From Clostridiales bacterium (GTDB taxonomy: Bacteria > Bacillota > Clostridia > Christensenellales > CAG-138): a stretch of 64,000 nucleotides of DNA. Under the pieces are notes generated by a model. The model did not search any database, had not been told where the DNA came from, and saw only the letters and a program-made list of their open reading frames with translations. Of this stretch, positions 53,495 through 63,035 are shown in pieces (position 1 is the stretch's first letter; every line of letters starts with the position of its first letter). A program made the translations under genes and the position numbers. The DNA lies in the NCBI GenBank assembly GCA_004558825.1, contig SFDB01000001.1:137427-201426 (forward strand), written 5' to 3'.

Positions 53495-53872
53495 ATGATA
53501 CCCAATGACCGTAAGTACACAAAAGAGCATGAATGGCTGCTCATAGAAGGCAACGTCGCCAAAATAGGCATAACGGATCACGCGCAGGACGCGCTCGGCG
53601 ACATCGTTTTCGTAGAGCTTCCCGCTGTAGGCGACGAATTTGCCGTAGGCGATTCCTTTGCGGTAGTTGAGAGCGTAAAGGCCGTTTCCCAGATATATAC
53701 GGAGGCCGCAGGCAAGGTTATTGAAATCAACGAGGAGCTCGACGCCTCGCCCGAGCTGCTTAATTCGGACCCCAACGGCTGCTTCATTGCCGCCATAGAA
53801 TTCACAAACCTCAACGAAGACGCGCTCCTCACAGCCGATGAGTACGCCGAATTCCTTAAATCGGAGGAATAA
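53495..53872 (+). CDS. gcvH: Glycine cleavage system H protein
   Basis: ..YTKEHEWL..GITDHAQDALGDIVFVELP..VESVKAVSQIY (lipoyl-Lys motif). ATG at 53495 has a GGAGGA RBS. Confidence 0.95.
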   Translation: MIPNDRKYTKEHEWLLIEGNVAKIGITDHAQDALGDIVFVELPAVGDEFAVGDSFAVVESVKAVSQIYTEAAGKVIEINEELDASPELLNSDPNGCFIAAIEFTNLNEDALLTADEYAEFLKSEE

Positions 53873-53878
53873 TCAAAA

Positions 53879-55219
53879 ATGAGAAGCTATGTTCCCAACA
53901 CCGAGGGGGAACGTAAGGAAATGCTGTCATCCATGGGGCTCAGCTCCATGGATGAGCTGTTCCGCGACATACCCGACGAGCTTAAGCTCTCAAGGCCGCT
54001 CAATTTGCCCGAAGGCAAGAGCGAAACTGAGATTCGCCGCATATTCCGCGCTTACGCGGAGCGTACAAACGGCTCAATGCCTCTTTTCCGCGGCGCGGGC
54101 GCTTACAGGCATTATATTCCTTCGCTTATCCCTCAGCTTTTGATGCGTTCGGAGTTCTACACGGCATATACGCCCTATCAGGCCGAAATGAGTCAGGGTA
54201 TGCTTCAGGCGATATTTGAGTATCAGACGCTCATGTGCCGCCTCACGGGCATGGACGTTTCAAACGCTTCCGTTTACGATGGCGCGACGGCCGCAGCCGA
54301 AGCAATGCTCATGCTCCGCGACGCAAAGCGCAAGCAGAAAATACTCATAAGCGACGGCCTTAATCCCGACGTCATCGCAGTAATACACACATATGCGCGC
54401 TTTGCCCGCCTTGAGTGCGTATCGATACCGCTCAATTCCGACGGAACGACCGACATGGACGCGCTCTCCGCCAATTCGGACGGCGCAGCGGGTTACATAG
54501 TCGCCAACCCGAACTTCTTCGGCTGTCTCGAAAACATGGACGAAATATCCGCCGCCGTTCACGGCTTCGGCGGACTGCTCGTAAGCTATGTCAACCCCAT
54601 ATCGCTCTCGCTCGTAAAGCGTCCCGGCGACTATGGCGCCGATATAGCCGTCGGCGATGCGCAGCCCCTCGGCCTGCCGCTCAGTTTCGGCGGCCCGTAC
54701 TGCGGCTTCATGTGCTCCACGCAGAAGCTCATAAGAAACCTGCCCGGCAGAATCGCGGGACAGACGAGCGACGCGGAGGGTAACCGCGTATTCGTTCTCA
54801 CGCTTCAGGCGCGCGAGCAGCATATACGCCGTGAAAAGGCTTCATCGAACATCTGCTCTAACCAGATGCTCTGCGCGATAACCGCAAGCATGTACCTGAG
54901 CGTCATGGGACCCGAAGGCATGTACGAGGTTGCAATGCAGAACCTTCAGAAGGCGCATTATCTCCGCGATGGCATAAAGAGCATAAACGGCGCGCGTATT
55001 CGCTACGAAAACACGCCGTTCTTCAACGAGTTTGTAGTCGAATTCGACAAAGATTCCGCCGTTATCAACGCACTGCTCAAAAAGAAGGGCATAGTAGGCG
55101 GCGCGCGCCTTGCCAATTATAAAGACGGCGACAACGGCATTCTCATGTGCGTCACCGAAATGAACACGCGCGAAGAGATTGATGCGCTTATCACGGCATT
55201 GGAGGAGATCACAAAATGA
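53879..55219 (+). CDS. gcvPA: Glycine dehydrogenase (decarboxylating) subunit 1
   Basis: 446 aa. ..[30 protein letters not shown].. is the P-protein alpha pattern. Confidence 0.95.
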   Translation: MRSYVPNTEGERKEMLSSMGLSSMDELFRDIPDELKLSRPLNLPEGKSETEIRRIFRAYAERTNGSMPLFRGAGAYRHYIPSLIPQLLMRSEFYTAYTPYQAEMSQGMLQAIFEYQTLMCRLTGMDVSNASVYDGATAAAEAMLMLRDAKRKQKILISDGLNPDVIAVIHTYARFARLECVSIPLNSDGTTDMDALSANSDGAAGYIVANPNFFGCLENMDEISAAVHGFGGLLVSYVNPISLSLVKRPGDYGADIAVGDAQPLGLPLSFGGPYCGFMCSTQKLIRNLPGRIAGQTSDAEGNRVFVLTLQAREQHIRREKASSNICSNQMLCAITASMYLSVMGPEGMYEVAMQNLQKAHYLRDGIKSINGARIRYENTPFFNEFVVEFDKDSAVINALLKKKGIVGGARLANYKDGDNGILMCVTEMNTREEIDALITALEEITK

Positions 55220-56661
55220 GAAGCGAATACCCTCTTATATTCGAACGTTCAAAACCCGGCCGCAGAGGCTATGACCTCCCCAAGCTTGATGTGCCCGAGC
55301 TCGACGGACTCATACCTGAGCAGATGCTCAACAAGGAGCCGTTGAAGCTTCCCGAGATAGCCGAGGTCGACCTTGTAAGGCATTACACGAATCTTTCAAA
55401 GCGCAATTTCGGCGTCGACAACGGTTTTTACCCGCTCGGCTCATGCACAATGAAGTATAACCCGAAAATCAACGAGGAAATGCCTGCGCTCTTTAACGAC
55501 CTGCATCCGCTGCTCGACCAGGATATGGCGCAGGGCGCTATAGACATGATGCTCGATCTCGACCGCGCGCTCTGCGAAATAACAGGCATGGACAAGTTCA
55601 CGCTCCAGCCCTCAGCAGGCGCTCACGGCGAATACACGGGACTCATGATAATCAAGGCGTATCACGATATGCGGCAGGATTACGGGCGCAACGTAATGAT
55701 AGTCCCCGATGCGGCGCACGGCACCAACCCCGCATCGGCGGCAATGGCGGGTTATAAAATACGCGAAATAAAATCCGCCCCTGATGGCAGCGTAGACCTC
55801 GACGCGCTTAGAGCTGCGGTCGGCAATGACACAGCGGGTCTCATGCTCACGAACCCCTCGACGCTCGGTCTGTTTGAGCGCAATATAAAGGAAATCGCCG
55901 ATATCGTTCACGAAGCCGGCGGCCTCCTCTATTACGACGGCGCAAACCTCAACGCCATAATGGGCATAGTGCGTCCCGGAGACATGGGCTTTGACTGTAT
56001 GCACATCAATCTCCATAAGACGTTCTCAACTCCTCACGGCGGCGGCGGTCCCGGCTCGGGTCCTGTCGGCGTAAAGAAGGAGCTTATACCTTATCTGCCC
56101 TACCCCGTTGTTATGGGCCATTGCGGCGGCGCGGCAACGCTTGATTACGACCGTCCGCTGTCCATAGGCAAGGTCAAGAGCCTTTACGGAAACTTTGGCG
56201 TTCTTGTTAAAGCATATGCGTACATACTCTCGCTCGGCGGCAAAGGGCTTAAGGAAGCAAGCGAAAACGCTGTGCTCAACGCTAATTATGTGTTTAACCG
56301 CCTTAAGGGCGCATACGGCGTGCCGCATGACAGGATTTGTATGCACGAATGCGTCATAGAGCCTGGTGAGCTCCTCGAAAAAGGCGTGCATACTACGGAC
56401 ATAGCAAAGGCGCTCATCGATCGCGGCTACCACCCGATGACCATCTACTTCCCGCTCATCGTTCACGAAGCCATGATGATCGAACCTACAGAGACGGAAA
56501 GCAGGGAGACGCTCGACGCCTTTGTTGACGCAATGCTTGACATAGCCCGCGTAGCTAAGGAAGATCCCGAATCGCTCCATAAAGCGCCCGTGACAACGCC
56601 CGTCGGAAGACCCGACGAGGTTGCTGCGGCAAGAAAGCCCGTCGTAAAATACGAGGACTGA
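55216..56661 (+). CDS. gcvPB: Glycine dehydrogenase (decarboxylating) subunit 2
   Basis: 481 aa. ..[13 protein letters not shown].. and the PLP-Lys region ..[18 protein letters not shown]... 4-nt overlap with gcvPA. Confidence 0.95.
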   Translation: MRSEYPLIFERSKPGRRGYDLPKLDVPELDGLIPEQMLNKEPLKLPEIAEVDLVRHYTNLSKRNFGVDNGFYPLGSCTMKYNPKINEEMPALFNDLHPLLDQDMAQGAIDMMLDLDRALCEITGMDKFTLQPSAGAHGEYTGLMIIKAYHDMRQDYGRNVMIVPDAAHGTNPASAAMAGYKIREIKSAPDGSVDLDALRAAVGNDTAGLMLTNPSTLGLFERNIKEIADIVHEAGGLLYYDGANLNAIMGIVRPGDMGFDCMHINLHKTFSTPHGGGGPGSGPVGVKKELIPYLPYPVVMGHCGGAATLDYDRPLSIGKVKSLYGNFGVLVKAYAYILSLGGKGLKEASENAVLNANYVFNRLKGAYGVPHDRICMHECVIEPGELLEKGVHTTDIAKALIDRGYHPMTIYFPLIVHEAMMIEPTETESRETLDAFVDAMLDIARVAKEDPESLHKAPVTTPVGRPDEVAAARKPVVKYED

Positions 56662-56690
56662 ATCATAGACGCAGAAACCATGTGATGCAA

Positions 56691-56720
56691 AAATACGGCG
56701 CCTCAAGGCGCCGTATTTGA
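56691..56720 (+). terminator. Terminator after gcvPB
   Basis: AAATACGGCGCC, loop TCAA, GGCGCCGTATTT, then TGA. A perfect 12-bp stem. Confidence 0.8.
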
Positions 56721-56912
56721 GTGTCTAAAAAGTGGCATACTGCCACTTTTTCGAGTTTTTCTCGTGCTTTGCCTCTCGCATTCGCTCCCGGGCGGCAAAA
56801 CCCGCAAAGCACGAAAACCTATGGGGTTTCATACGTTTTGACGCACATGTCGTCAAAGCCGGAATTAACTTAATGTGCTGCAGCCCCTTAACAACCCCGT
56901 TTTTTTCGCAAG
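56721..56912. repeat. 192-bp structured intergenic element, copy B (decayed termini)
   Basis: Collinear with 29846-30037. The 39-nt core 56771-56809 is identical to copy A. The left hairpin AAAAAGTGGC/GCCACTTTTT is retained with a different loop, and the termini differ from copy A at 2 positions each. It fills the gap between the gcvPB terminator and the sigF stop. Confidence 0.75.
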
Positions 56913-56918
56913 CGGATG

Positions 56919-57677
56919 CTAACCCGCAGTCTGCGTATCGCTTTGCGCGGTTTCACGCATTTTTTTCAGTATCTTGCTTTCAAGGCGCGATACCTGCACC
57001 TGTGAAACGCCAATTATCTGAGCCGTCTGGCACTGCGTCTTGCCGCCAAAGAACCTCAGCATAATTATCTGCCTCTCTCTCGGCTCAAGCACGCGGAGCA
57101 GCTCCTTTAGCAGAAGCTTGTTGACGACCTCGCATTCCTCATCTTCATCGCTCGCAACCCTGTCGGCCACGCAGGCATCGGCGTCGTCCGCATAGATGGG
57201 TTCATATATCGACGTATGCGGACGCACGGCATCGAGCGCCATGACTATCTCTTCAGGCTCGCGCGAAAGCTCCTTCGCTATCTCCATTATACCGACATCG
57301 CCGCCCGACGCCATGCTGAGCCGCTCCTTTGCCGCCATTGCCTGCGACGCAAGCTCCTTTAATGAACGGCTCACCTTTATCATGCCATCGTCGCGCAAAA
57401 AGCGTTTTACCTCGCCCGCTATCATTGGCACCGCGTACGTCGAAAAGCGTACGCCAAACGATTCATCGTAATTGCGCACGGCTTTTATGAGCCCGACGCA
57501 GCCTATTTGGAAAAGGTCGTCATATTCAGTGCCGCGGTTCAGATATTTTTTGACTATCGATTTTACGAGCGCGATATTGTGCTCTACGAGTATATCCTGC
57601 GCCTGCGAATCGCCAAGCTTTACCCGTTTTAACAGCCGCAGCGCCTCTTCGTGCTCGAGCGGCGCTCTGTCAATCAT
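56919..57677 (-). CDS. sigF: RNA polymerase sporulation sigma factor SigF
   Basis: Third gene of the spoIIA operon. ..NIALVKSIVKKYLNRGTEYDDLFQIGCVGLIKAVRNYD.. and the region 4 HTH ..QTAQIIGVSQVQVSRLE... Start at MIDRAP (57677). Confidence 0.93.
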   Translation of the reverse strand: MIDRAPLEHEEALRLLKRVKLGDSQAQDILVEHNIALVKSIVKKYLNRGTEYDDLFQIGCVGLIKAVRNYDESFGVRFSTYAVPMIAGEVKRFLRDDGMIKVSRSLKELASQAMAAKERLSMASGGDVGIMEIAKELSREPEEIVMALDAVRPHTSIYEPIYADDADACVADRVASDEDEECEVVNKLLLKELLRVLEPRERQIIMLRFFGGKTQCQTAQIIGVSQVQVSRLESKILKKMRETAQSDTQTAG

Positions 57678-58110
57678 TTTCCTCCACCCGCGCAGATATA
57701 TGCTTTCGCATTGTGACACAGGTGCCTTTACCCACCTCGGACTCGACATCTACACGATCCATGAATGCTTCCATCACCGCAAAACCCATCCCGGATCTGT
57801 CCATTCCTGCCGCCGACGTGTAAAACGGCTGACGTGCAAGCTCCACATCCTCTATTCCCCTGCCTTCGTCGCGTATCGATATCGTTATGCCCTCATCGTC
57901 ACTCGAACAATCCATATATATCGTTCCGCCTCTATTTTCATAGCCATGAATTATGCAGTTCGTAACGGCCTCGCTGACCGCCGTACGTATATCCGTGAGC
58001 TCATCTATCGTAGGATTGAGCTGCGCGGCAAACGCTGCCGCTATCATTCGCGCAAGGCTTTCGTTTTGCGATATCGATAGAAAACTCGTATGCAATTCGT
58101 TCTTATACAT
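57670..58110 (-). CDS. spoIIAB: Anti-sigma F factor (serine kinase) SpoIIAB
   Basis: MYKNELHTSFLSISQNESLARM..AVTNCIIHGY..DEGRGI..SGMGFAVM are GHKL kinase motifs. Start at 58110 (GGGGG RBS). Confidence 0.93.
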   Translation of the reverse strand: MYKNELHTSFLSISQNESLARMIAAAFAAQLNPTIDELTDIRTAVSEAVTNCIIHGYENRGGTIYMDCSSDDEGITISIRDEGRGIEDVELARQPFYTSAAGMDRSGMGFAVMEAFMDRVDVESEVGKGTCVTMRKHISARVEEND

Positions 58111-58124
58111 TGTTATCCCCCTCA

Positions 58125-58430
58125 TTATCTGCGCTCGATAAGCGCATAGACGCCTGCCATTCGCATTATTCTGTCGACGCTTTTGCCTGCGCCCGTTATG
58201 GCCATTTTCCCTCCGCGCGCCGAAACGGTCTTGTAGCGCCCAAGGACGACGCCAAGTCCTGAGCTGTCCATAAACGATACGTTTCGCATATCAAGAATCA
58301 TCTCGTTTATGCTTTCGTCTTTCAAAAGCTCATCGAGAGCCGCACGCGTCCTGTCCGCAGCATGATGGTCAAGCTCACCCTTCAGCTCAACCGTCAGCGT
58401 TTTTCCGACCTTGCTGTTACAAATTTCCAT
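58125..58430 (-). CDS. spoIIAA: Anti-sigma F factor antagonist SpoIIAA (STAS)
   Basis: 101 aa. ..LTVELKGELDHHAA..FMDSSGLGVVLG.. contains the phosphorylatable Ser motif DSSGLG. Confidence 0.93.
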   Translation of the reverse strand: MEICNSKVGKTLTVELKGELDHHAADRTRAALDELLKDESINEMILDMRNVSFMDSSGLGVVLGRYKTVSARGGKMAITGAGKSVDRIMRMAGVYALIERR

Positions 58431-58461
58431 ATTTCATCCTCCTGTATTGGACACATGCTTT

Positions 58462-58488
58462 ATTCGCAGCGCAAAATTTTCATCCTGC
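58462..58488 (-). promoter_or_regulatory. Candidate sigma-H-type promoter of the spoIIA operon
   Basis: The minus strand reads GCAGGATGA, 11 nt, TGCGAAT, compared with the sigma-H consensus RNAGGAWWW-(11-12)-RNNGAAT. It lies about 35 nt upstream of the spoIIAA RBS. Confidence 0.45.
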
Positions 58489-58507
58489 GGCGAATTGCTT
58501 CTACATA

Positions 58508-58514
58508 TGTCGAA
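58508..58514. promoter_or_regulatory. Candidate Spo0A box
   Basis: Exact TGTCGAA on the + strand (TTCGACA on the operon strand), about 20 nt upstream of the putative -35 element. Confidence 0.4.
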
Positions 58515-58777
58515 AGCTGTGTAGTTTTATTGAATGTACATATTATTCCCGTTTTATGCCTGTTTTATACATTTCATACGTATTTTGTAAGCGGTACAAA
58601 TGCGTAGAAACCGAATCTGATAATTTGCAAAGCGAGCCGCAGCGGCAGTTATGCTGCGCATTGAAAGAATACCCCTATTTGCATCCGATGAACGCCATGT
58701 TATGATTCATGCGCCTCTCAGCGTGTTTATTTAGCAACGCGATTGTTTTTTGCCCGCCGATGCGTTAAAGTATTCGT

Positions 58778-60736
58778 ATGAAAGAGAATAAACCGCAGAC
58801 AAATAACAAATGGCTCCCAATGTTCAAATACGAGCTTGACGCGCTCGGTGTCGATATGCTCGACTTTGTGCTCGTTACAGGCGACGCTTATATCGACCAT
58901 CCTTCGTTCGGGGCGGCAATAATCGGCAGAACGCTCGAGGCACACGGCTATACCGTGGGCATAATCGCCCAACCGTCCTGGCAAAACACAGACGATTTTA
59001 CTCGCTTGGGACGTCCGCGGCTCGGCTTTCTCGTCACGGCAGGAAACATCGATTCACTCGTCAACCACTATACATCGGCCAAAAAGCGGCGCAGCGAAGA
59101 CCTGTATTCTCCGGGCGCAAAAAGCGGCCTGCGCCCCGACAGGGCAAGCATAGTCTATTGCAACAGGATACGCGAAGCATATAAACGCGTACCCATAATC
59201 ATAGGCGGCATAGAGGCAAGCCTAAGACGTTTCGCACATTATGACTATTGGGATAATGCCGTGCGCCACAGCATATTGGCGGACAGCGGCGCAGACATTC
59301 TCGTATACGGCATGGGCGAACGCGCCATCGTCGAAATCGCGGACGCGCTTGCCGCAGGCATGAGTGTAGATGAAATAACATACGTTGCAGGCACCTGCTA
59401 TATGGCGTCGACACTCGAGCGCGTTTACGATTATAAGCTCATAGGCTCCTACAATGATGTTAAGAGCGACAAAAAGGAATACGCGCAAACATTTAACACA
59501 ATCTATCGAGAGCAGGACGCCATACGCGGCAGACGCCTCGTACAGCCGCATGAAAAGGGTTTTCTCGTTGCAAATCCTCCATCTATGCCGCTCAGCCAAA
59601 GCGAACTTGACAACGTATATGAGCTGCCATACACGCGCAAGCCGCATCCCTCGTATAAGGAGCATATACCTGCGCTCGATGAGGTAGAGTTTTCGCTCAC
59701 ATCGTGCCGCGGCTGCTTCGGCGCATGTTCATTTTGCGCACTGACCATGCACCAGGGGCGCACGATACAGTCCCGAAGCCACGCTTCTCTCATAAGGGAA
59801 GCGCAGCTTTTGACGCATATGCACACATTCAAGGGATATATTCACGACGTCGGCGGCCCGTCGGCAAATTTCAGGCAGCCCTCGTGCAAAAAACAGCTCA
59901 AAAGCGGCGTCTGCGCAGACAGGCAATGCCTTTCTCCGTCACCCTGCCCCAATCTTGAAGTATCGCACAGTGATTACGTCGCGCTGCTAAAAGAGCTTCG
60001 CGGCATTGAGGGCGTCAAGAAGGTGTTCGTACGCTCGGGCATACGTTACGATTACGTCATGTATGACAAGAGCGACGCTTTCATGCGCGAGCTCATCGCC
60101 TACCACATAAGCGGACAGCTCAAGGTCGCTCCGGAGCACATAGACGACCGTACGCTCGATCTCATGGGCAAGCCGCACGCCGAGCTTTTTAACGCATTCT
60201 GCGAAAAGTATAAGCGCATGAACGCCCAAATGAACAAAGAGCAGTATATCGTGCCATACTTCATGTCATCTCACCCGGGCTCCGACCTCAATTCCGCAAT
60301 AGCGCTTGCGCAGTATCTGAAAAAAACCGGCCTGCGCCCCGAGCAAGTGCAGGACTTTTACCCCACGCCATGCACTCTCTCGACTGCGATGTACTATACG
60401 GGGCTTGATCCGCGAACAATGAAGCCCGTTTATGTGCCGCGCTCGCCCGACGAGAAGGCCATGCAGCGCGCGCTGATGCAGTTTTTCATGCCGCAGTACA
60501 GAAGCCTGGCACGAAAGGCATTAAAAAAGGCCTGCAGGGACGACCTCATCGGCTTCGGCAAAGACGCGCTTGTACCTCCCGAAAATGCTGATAAGCGCGG
60601 CGGCTCGCACCGTGCGCAGACTGCGCGCTCAGCCAAGTCCGACAAAGGCGGCCGCGCACGGCAGGGCCTCGCAGGAAGCCGAAAAAACGCAAAAAGCTCC
60701 GCGCACGCTCCAAATCGTTCAAGACACGGCAAGTAA
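58778..60736 (+). CDS. ygiQ: YgiQ-family radical SAM protein (UPF0313)
   Basis: ..LDFVLVTGDAYIDHPSFGAAIIGR.. N-terminal domain, radical-SAM Cys cluster ..CRGCFGACSFCAL.., and a basic C-terminal tail. Confidence 0.9.
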   Translation: MKENKPQTNNKWLPMFKYELDALGVDMLDFVLVTGDAYIDHPSFGAAIIGRTLEAHGYTVGIIAQPSWQNTDDFTRLGRPRLGFLVTAGNIDSLVNHYTSAKKRRSEDLYSPGAKSGLRPDRASIVYCNRIREAYKRVPIIIGGIEASLRRFAHYDYWDNAVRHSILADSGADILVYGMGERAIVEIADALAAGMSVDEITYVAGTCYMASTLERVYDYKLIGSYNDVKSDKKEYAQTFNTIYREQDAIRGRRLVQPHEKGFLVANPPSMPLSQSELDNVYELPYTRKPHPSYKEHIPALDEVEFSLTSCRGCFGACSFCALTMHQGRTIQSRSHASLIREAQLLTHMHTFKGYIHDVGGPSANFRQPSCKKQLKSGVCADRQCLSPSPCPNLEVSHSDYVALLKELRGIEGVKKVFVRSGIRYDYVMYDKSDAFMRELIAYHISGQLKVAPEHIDDRTLDLMGKPHAELFNAFCEKYKRMNAQMNKEQYIVPYFMSSHPGSDLNSAIALAQYLKKTGLRPEQVQDFYPTPCTLSTAMYYTGLDPRTMKPVYVPRSPDEKAMQRALMQFFMPQYRSLARKALKKACRDDLIGFGKDALVPPENADKRGGSHRAQTARSAKSDKGGRARQGLAGSRKNAKSSAHAPNRSRHGK

Positions 60737-60894
60737 AGTATAAAGCAAAAACCCGGCCGCTGTGCAGTCGGGTTAATTGTATATCGTGTTAGAATACGTT
60801 CCATGAACAATCAAGCACAATCCTCGTACAATTCCGTTGCGAGAAGGTACATACGCATCTCTTGCCGTACGCCTTCAAAAGCAACCAAGTATGA

Positions 60895-61062
60895 TTATTT
60901 GCGCTTTCTTGCCGCCTCAGCCTTCTTCTTGCGCTTTACGCTGGGCTTTTCATAGTGCTCACGCCTGCGAACCTCGGCCAACACGCCGGAGCGGGCGCAT
61001 TTGCGCTTAAAACGCTTCAGAGCGCTCTCCAAAGATTCGTTTTCACCTACGCGAATTTCCAT
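60895..61062 (-). CDS. rpsU: 30S ribosomal protein S21
   Basis: [55 protein letters not shown] (55 aa). The track ORF 60895..61188 carries a spurious 42-codon extension. Confidence 0.93.
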   Translation of the reverse strand: MEIRVGENESLESALKRFKRKCARSGVLAEVRRREHYEKPSVKRKKKAEAARKRK

Positions 61063-61141
61063 TTCCTTATCCCTCCCCTCTGATACAACATCGAGCAACG
61101 TGCCGATGCTTGAACATAAGGAACCGCTTAAACACAAAGGT

Positions 61142-61170
61142 ATTATAATGGCTAAGGAATAATAAGTCAA
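61142..61170 (-). promoter_or_regulatory. Sigma-A-type promoter for rpsU
   Basis: The minus strand reads TTGACT (61170-65), 17 nt, TATAAT (61147-42). Confidence 0.65.
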
Positions 61171-61294
61171 TATTGCTTGCAGATTCAATTTTTGAATTTT
61201 TTACGCTCAATGCTTGTGCCGCCGTTTTGCAGGCCGTCCTCCGTGAAACCTCGTTTTGGCCGAAGCGCAAAAAAACACAAAGGCACGTTATAAT

Positions 61295-61324
61295 CAAAAA
61301 GTGGCGGAAAAGCCACTTTTCGAG
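61295..61324. repeat. Solo copy of the element's left-end hairpin; likely terminator of the mtaB-HIT operon
   Basis: CAAAAAGTGGC-GGAAAA-GCCACTTTTCGAG has the same stem and 3' CGAG as the left ends of copies A and B, with a different loop. On the minus strand the stem is followed by TTTTTGAT, 65 nt after the HIT stop. Confidence 0.65.
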
Positions 61325-61388
61325 CGTCATATGACGCAGCGCCTTGATAAGCGATCAGCATCCTTCCGAAAAATCAGCCTTTGCTCAA

Positions 61389-61724
61389 TCAGCCCGGAGG
61401 CCACTGAAGCGACCTTCCGCCAAGAACATGCATATGAATGTGGTTTACACTCTGACCGCCGTTCTCGCCCGTGTTCATGACGCACCTGAAGCCGTCCTTG
61501 TCAATGCCTGTATTGCGAACTGCCGTCCGCATCGCGTCAAACATGGCGCACAGCGTTTCATTATCGCACTCCGTCACGTTGTCAAAGTGCTTTTTCGGTA
61601 TCACAAGCATATGCACGGGCGCTTGAGGCTCGATATCATTGAAAACGAGAATTTTTTCATTCTCATACACCTTGCTGCTCGGTATTTCACCGCGAGCTAT
61701 TTTGCAAAAAATGCAGTCGTTCAT
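61389..61724 (-). CDS. HIT-family (histidine triad) nucleotide hydrolase
   Basis: MNDCIFCKIARGEIP..VNHIHMHVLGG histidine-triad motif, 111 aa. Confidence 0.92.
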   Translation of the reverse strand: MNDCIFCKIARGEIPSSKVYENEKILVFNDIEPQAPVHMLVIPKKHFDNVTECDNETLCAMFDAMRTAVRNTGIDKDGFRCVMNTGENGGQSVNHIHMHVLGGRSLQWPPG

Positions 61725-63034
61725 GTTTCCTCCTGTTTGTTGTCAATATTTCCCATAAGGTTTGCTCCGTCTATTCCGTTTATCCTTACCGAGATTATCT
61801 TGTTTATATACTCATCGCCATCAGGTTCGAGGACGTTCACGCCAAGGTATGTGTCCGTATGACCGTGCAGGACTCCGTTTTCATACGTTTCGAACAGCAC
61901 GCCGTGCGTTTTCCCGATCTGTCGTTCAAGATACTGCCTTTCCAGCTCGTTTTGCAGCTCAATAAGGCGCCTTGCGCGCTCCTGCTTCACGGCGTTGCTA
62001 AGCTGCCCCGCCATGCCGTACGCAACGGTGCCTTCGCGGCGCGAATACGGAAAAACGTGTATGCGTGAAAAGCCTATTTTTTCCGCGAATTCGAGCGTCT
62101 CATTAAATTCCTGCTCCGTCTCGCCGGCAAACCCCGCAATTATATCCGTCGTAATAGCGCACTCGGGCATCGCCTCGCGCAGCATCTCGACGCATCGCTC
62201 ATATTCCTGCGGCGTATAGCGGCGTTTCATGCGTTCAAGCACCGTTTTGCTGCCGCTTTGCAGCGAAAGATGGAACTGCCTGCAAAGCCTTCCGTTCGCC
62301 GCGAGCGCCTCAATCGTCTCCCGTGTCATAAGCTGCGGTTCAAGCGAGCCAAGCCTTATCCGCTCTATGCCGTCGACGCCGCTCACAACGTCTATCGCTT
62401 CCATAAGTCCCGTTCCGTCGCGAAAATCCTTGCCGTACGACATCAGATGTATGCCCGTCAAGACTATCTCCTTAAAACCTCCCTCGGCTATCGCCTCGGT
62501 TTCGCGCCGTATACTCGCGAGCGTTCTGCTTCGCACATTGCCCCGCACATAAGGTATTATGCAGTATGTGCAAAACCTGTCGCAGCCGTCCTGTATCTTC
62601 AAATACGCACGCGTTCTTCCCTCGCGCGTTGCCGATATGTCCTCAAAACGTCTGCCCGCCGCCGGCACGACGTACGCATGCGGCAGTTCCGGTTCGAATA
62701 TCAGCTTTTCCGTCATCTCGACTATCCTGTCGCGCTGAGCCGTCCCTATTACAAGGTCTACTCCGCCGAGCTTCAGTATCTCGTCTGAAGCCCGCTGCGC
62801 ATAGCAGCCCGTGACCACAACCTTACCGTCAGGCGAAAGCTCCTTCGCCCGCGATATCATTTGCCGCGATTTTTTATCGGCAGTTTGCGTAACGGTGCAT
62901 GTGTTTATGACATATACGTCCGCGCGCTCCGAAAAATCAACCGTCTCATAGCCCGCCGCCTCAAAAAGCTCGCGCATTGCCTGCGTTTCGTATTGGTTTA
63001 CCTTGCAGCCGAGCGTGTAAAATGCAGCTTTCAT
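61721..63034 (-). CDS. mtaB: tRNA methylthiotransferase, MtaB-like (radical SAM, UPF0004 + TRAM)
   Basis: N-terminus ..TLGCKVNQYETQAM.., radical-SAM ..IQDGCDRFCTYCIIPYVRG... Position after rsmE and prmA matches Bacillus yqeV. Confidence 0.88.
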   Translation of the reverse strand: MKAAFYTLGCKVNQYETQAMRELFEAAGYETVDFSERADVYVINTCTVTQTADKKSRQMISRAKELSPDGKVVVTGCYAQRASDEILKLGGVDLVIGTAQRDRIVEMTEKLIFEPELPHAYVVPAAGRRFEDISATREGRTRAYLKIQDGCDRFCTYCIIPYVRGNVRSRTLASIRRETEAIAEGGFKEIVLTGIHLMSYGKDFRDGTGLMEAIDVVSGVDGIERIRLGSLEPQLMTRETIEALAANGRLCRQFHLSLQSGSKTVLERMKRRYTPQEYERCVEMLREAMPECAITTDIIAGFAGETEQEFNETLEFAEKIGFSRIHVFPYSRREGTVAYGMAGQLSNAVKQERARRLIELQNELERQYLERQIGKTHGVLFETYENGVLHGHTDTYLGVNVLEPDGDEYINKIISVRINGIDGANLMGNIDNKQEET

Positions 63035-63035
63035 G

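Noticed and set aside
61063-61188. 42-codon extension of the rpsU ORF, and the 87-aa ORF 61067..61330
   Set aside because: The S21 homology begins at MEIRVGENE. The extension would run through the predicted TTGACT-17-TATAAT promoter.
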